64,000 bases of DNA, from the NCBI GenBank assembly GCA_037308085.1, contig CP147779.1:1536001-1600000 (forward strand), in the 5' to 3' direction. Positions 62,089 through 64,000 of the stretch are shown piece by piece; the first letter of the stretch is position 1, and the number at the start of each line of letters is the position of its first letter. The stretch is from Promethearchaeati archaeon SRVP18_Atabeyarchaeia-1. GTDB taxonomy: Archaea > Asgardarchaeota > Atabeyarchaeia > Atabeyarchaeales > Atabeyarchaeaceae. The position numbers and the translations under genes were made by a program. The notes beneath the pieces are model-generated. The model ran no database searches, was not told the DNA's origin, and worked only from the letters and a program-made list of their open reading frames with translations.

Positions 62089-63537
62089 CTATCCTTCGGG
62101 CTTGATTTCTGAAGATTGACTGTCAAATCTCCATTTCGGCCCTTTCGACGTATCTTCGACCATTATTCCCATATTCTTCAGCTGGTCTCTTATCTCGTCA
62201 GCCTTTCCCCAATTTCCATTCTTTCTGGCCTCTTCTCTCTCCTTGATTAGGTTGGCGGCTCGCTCCGATAGTCCTTCCACCTTTTCCGTGGTTCCGCCAC
62301 TGATTTTGGACAGTCCGATAATCGCGGCAAGCTTCCTGATTTCCTCAATTATGTTCTCCAGCGATTCTCTTCTAGCATTGGAAGATAGAGCCTTGTTTCC
62401 GAGCTTAGCAAGATCCTGCAAGGCGACAATAGCTTGAGGGGTATTGAAGTCGTTATCCATTGCTTCGAGGAACTTGGTCTCGATTAGGGAAACCTGACCT
62501 CTGTAGTCTTGGCCCGTTTCAGGCTCGTCTTCTGCGGCGCTCTTTATTTGCCTCTCGAGTTCGACCACGGTATTCCTGAGCCTAGCTAGATTCTTTTCTG
62601 CTTGCTCAAGAACCTCTTCGCTGAAATCGATTGGGCTGCTGTAGTGAGTTGAGACAACGAACAATCTGAAAACGTCTGGATCCCATTCCTCTAGAAGATC
62701 CCTGATTGTGATGAAGTTGCCCAGCGACTTCGACATCTTTTCTCCAGCCACGTTGAGGAAACCGGTGTGCAGCCAGTATTTCACGAAGGGCGCCTTTCCA
62801 GTTGCGGCCTCGGACTGGGCAATCTCATTCTCGTGATGCGGGAAGACCAGATCCTTCGCGCCGCCATGAATGTCGAGCCTCTCCCCAAGGTACTTCATCG
62901 ACATGGCTGAGCACTCGATATGCCACCCGGGGCGACCTGGTCCCCAGGGGCTGTCGAAGGACGGTTCTCCTTCCTTTGCTCTCTTCCAGAGGGCAAAATC
63001 AGCAGGATCCTTTTTCCTTTCATCCACCTCGACGCGCGCCCCAGCCAAGATCTGCTTAGGAGACTGATGAGAAAGAGCCCCATACTTCGGGAACTTTCTC
63101 ACAGAGAAATACACGTCGCCATCGACCGCGTAGGCGTATCCCCGCCTTATGAGTCTAGCCACTAACCTCACTATGTCTTCCATGTGTTCGGTTACACGCG
63201 GATAGACGTTGGCTCTCTCAATTCCAAGTGCATCAAGATCCTTGGAAGCTTCTGCTGCGAGTCTGGACGCTAGCTTCATAGGGTCGACCCCCTGTTGCTT
63301 AGCCTTCGCAATGATCTTATCCTCAACATCGGTAATATTCTGAACATGAATGACCTCGAAGCCCCTGAACTTCAGATAACGCTTGATCACATCAAAAGCG
63401 ATGTATGTTCTGGCATGACCAATATGGGCATAGTCTTGAGGCGTTAAGCCGCAGACATACATTTTCACTTTGTTGCCTTCGATTGGCTTGAACTCTTCCA
63501 GCTTCTCTGTCAAGTTGTTATAGACTTTAAGAACCAA
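62089..63537 (-). CDS. cysS: Cysteinyl-tRNA synthetase
   Basis: YVCG, HIGH, PGWHIEC, FPHHENE, KMSKS; probable TTG start after GGAGTG. Confidence 0.97.
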   Translation of the reverse strand: MVLKVYNNLTEKLEEFKPIEGNKVKMYVCGLTPQDYAHIGHARTYIAFDVIKRYLKFRGFEVIHVQNITDVEDKIIAKAKQQGVDPMKLASRLAAEASKDLDALGIERANVYPRVTEHMEDIVRLVARLIRRGYAYAVDGDVYFSVRKFPKYGALSHQSPKQILAGARVEVDERKKDPADFALWKRAKEGEPSFDSPWGPGRPGWHIECSAMSMKYLGERLDIHGGAKDLVFPHHENEIAQSEAATGKAPFVKYWLHTGFLNVAGEKMSKSLGNFITIRDLLEEWDPDVFRLFVVSTHYSSPIDFSEEVLEQAEKNLARLRNTVVELERQIKSAAEDEPETGQDYRGQVSLIETKFLEAMDNDFNTPQAIVALQDLAKLGNKALSSNARRESLENIIEEIRKLAAIIGLSKISGGTTEKVEGLSERAANLIKEREEARKNGNWGKADEIRDQLKNMGIMVEDTSKGPKWRFDSQSSEIKPEG

Positions 63538-63737
63538 GTTTGAATCGCACTCCTGGCGCCGCCAATGACGAACAGTGCTGTGCCTAGCCCTCGCTGGAGT
63601 TGAGAATATCCGCCTATTCTTTAATGAATCTTTGGGCACCTCATAGTGCTGGACTGGACATCAGAATGCTGGATCTGCCAAGGGTCAAGAAATCTATGCT
63701 CGACACCGTGCGAGAGTGAACTCCACCAGCAACAAAG

Positions 63738-63895
63738 TGGAGGGGAGTAGGGGAATCTCACCCAGGAGATAGAAACCCCCGGGGAATCGAACCCCTGTCG
63801 CGGACTATCCACGGTGTGGGTACTGCAGGCCTTAGAGTAAGCTTGGCTAGGTCAGCCAGAAGCTCATCGCCCCTAAGCCACTCGGACAACTCCCC
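63738..63895 (-). tRNA. tRNA-Cys(GCA) with three introns and encoded CCA
   Basis: Acceptor GGGGAGT/ACTCCCC, U73, CCA; anticodon GCA at 63824-63826; T-stem AGGGG/CCCCT. Removing inserts of about 36, 16 and 31 nt gives a 75-nt cloverleaf. Confidence 0.88.
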
Positions 63896-64000
63896 ACAAT
63901 TTGCACGTGACTGCAACACTGGTTTTTTCTCTATGACTACCATTGATCAACACACATCCTCATATTATCGTTTTCGGTTCCTCGAAATTCACTTTGATTC

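Overview
Archaeal chromosomal window. MtxX, MtrA paralogues, TrmB regulators and a multi-intron tRNA suggest a TACK archaeon, possibly Bathyarchaeia; this taxonomy is inferred. (1) 1-19.6 kb is a decaying integrated defence element ending in a tyrosine recombinase. It carries a HEPN protein, two DNA cytosine methyltransferase copies (one broken), a T:G-mismatch-type glycosylase, a cyclase-like/STAND NTPase/HEAT protein, and a three-gene operon (RHH-wHTH protein, GHKL ATPase, DUF1016N-like protein). (2) 19.7-39.9 kb holds an IS607-like tnpB element inserted in a LigD phosphoesterase relic, mtxX, kbl/tdh, an atypical P-type ATPase, catalase/PerR, a complete IS605 and a mini-IS605. (3) 40-58 kb is a string of accessory modules: MtrA/ferredoxin plus arsenic genes, MFS, K+ channel, ABC exporter, RelE-type and HicBA toxin-antitoxin pairs. 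They are separated by co-oriented 33-bp repeats with an 11-6-11 inverted-repeat, dif-like architecture, and often by the palindrome AGCGCGCGCT. (4) 58-64 kb is core genome: thrS, two TrmB genes, cysS and a three-intron tRNA-Cys. The best candidates for undescribed systems are the dif-like cassette array, the putatively ArsR-controlled corrinoid (MtrA)-ferredoxin module, and the GHKL-Dcm-Mig defence locus. All assignments come from motif reading by eye, with no database searches.
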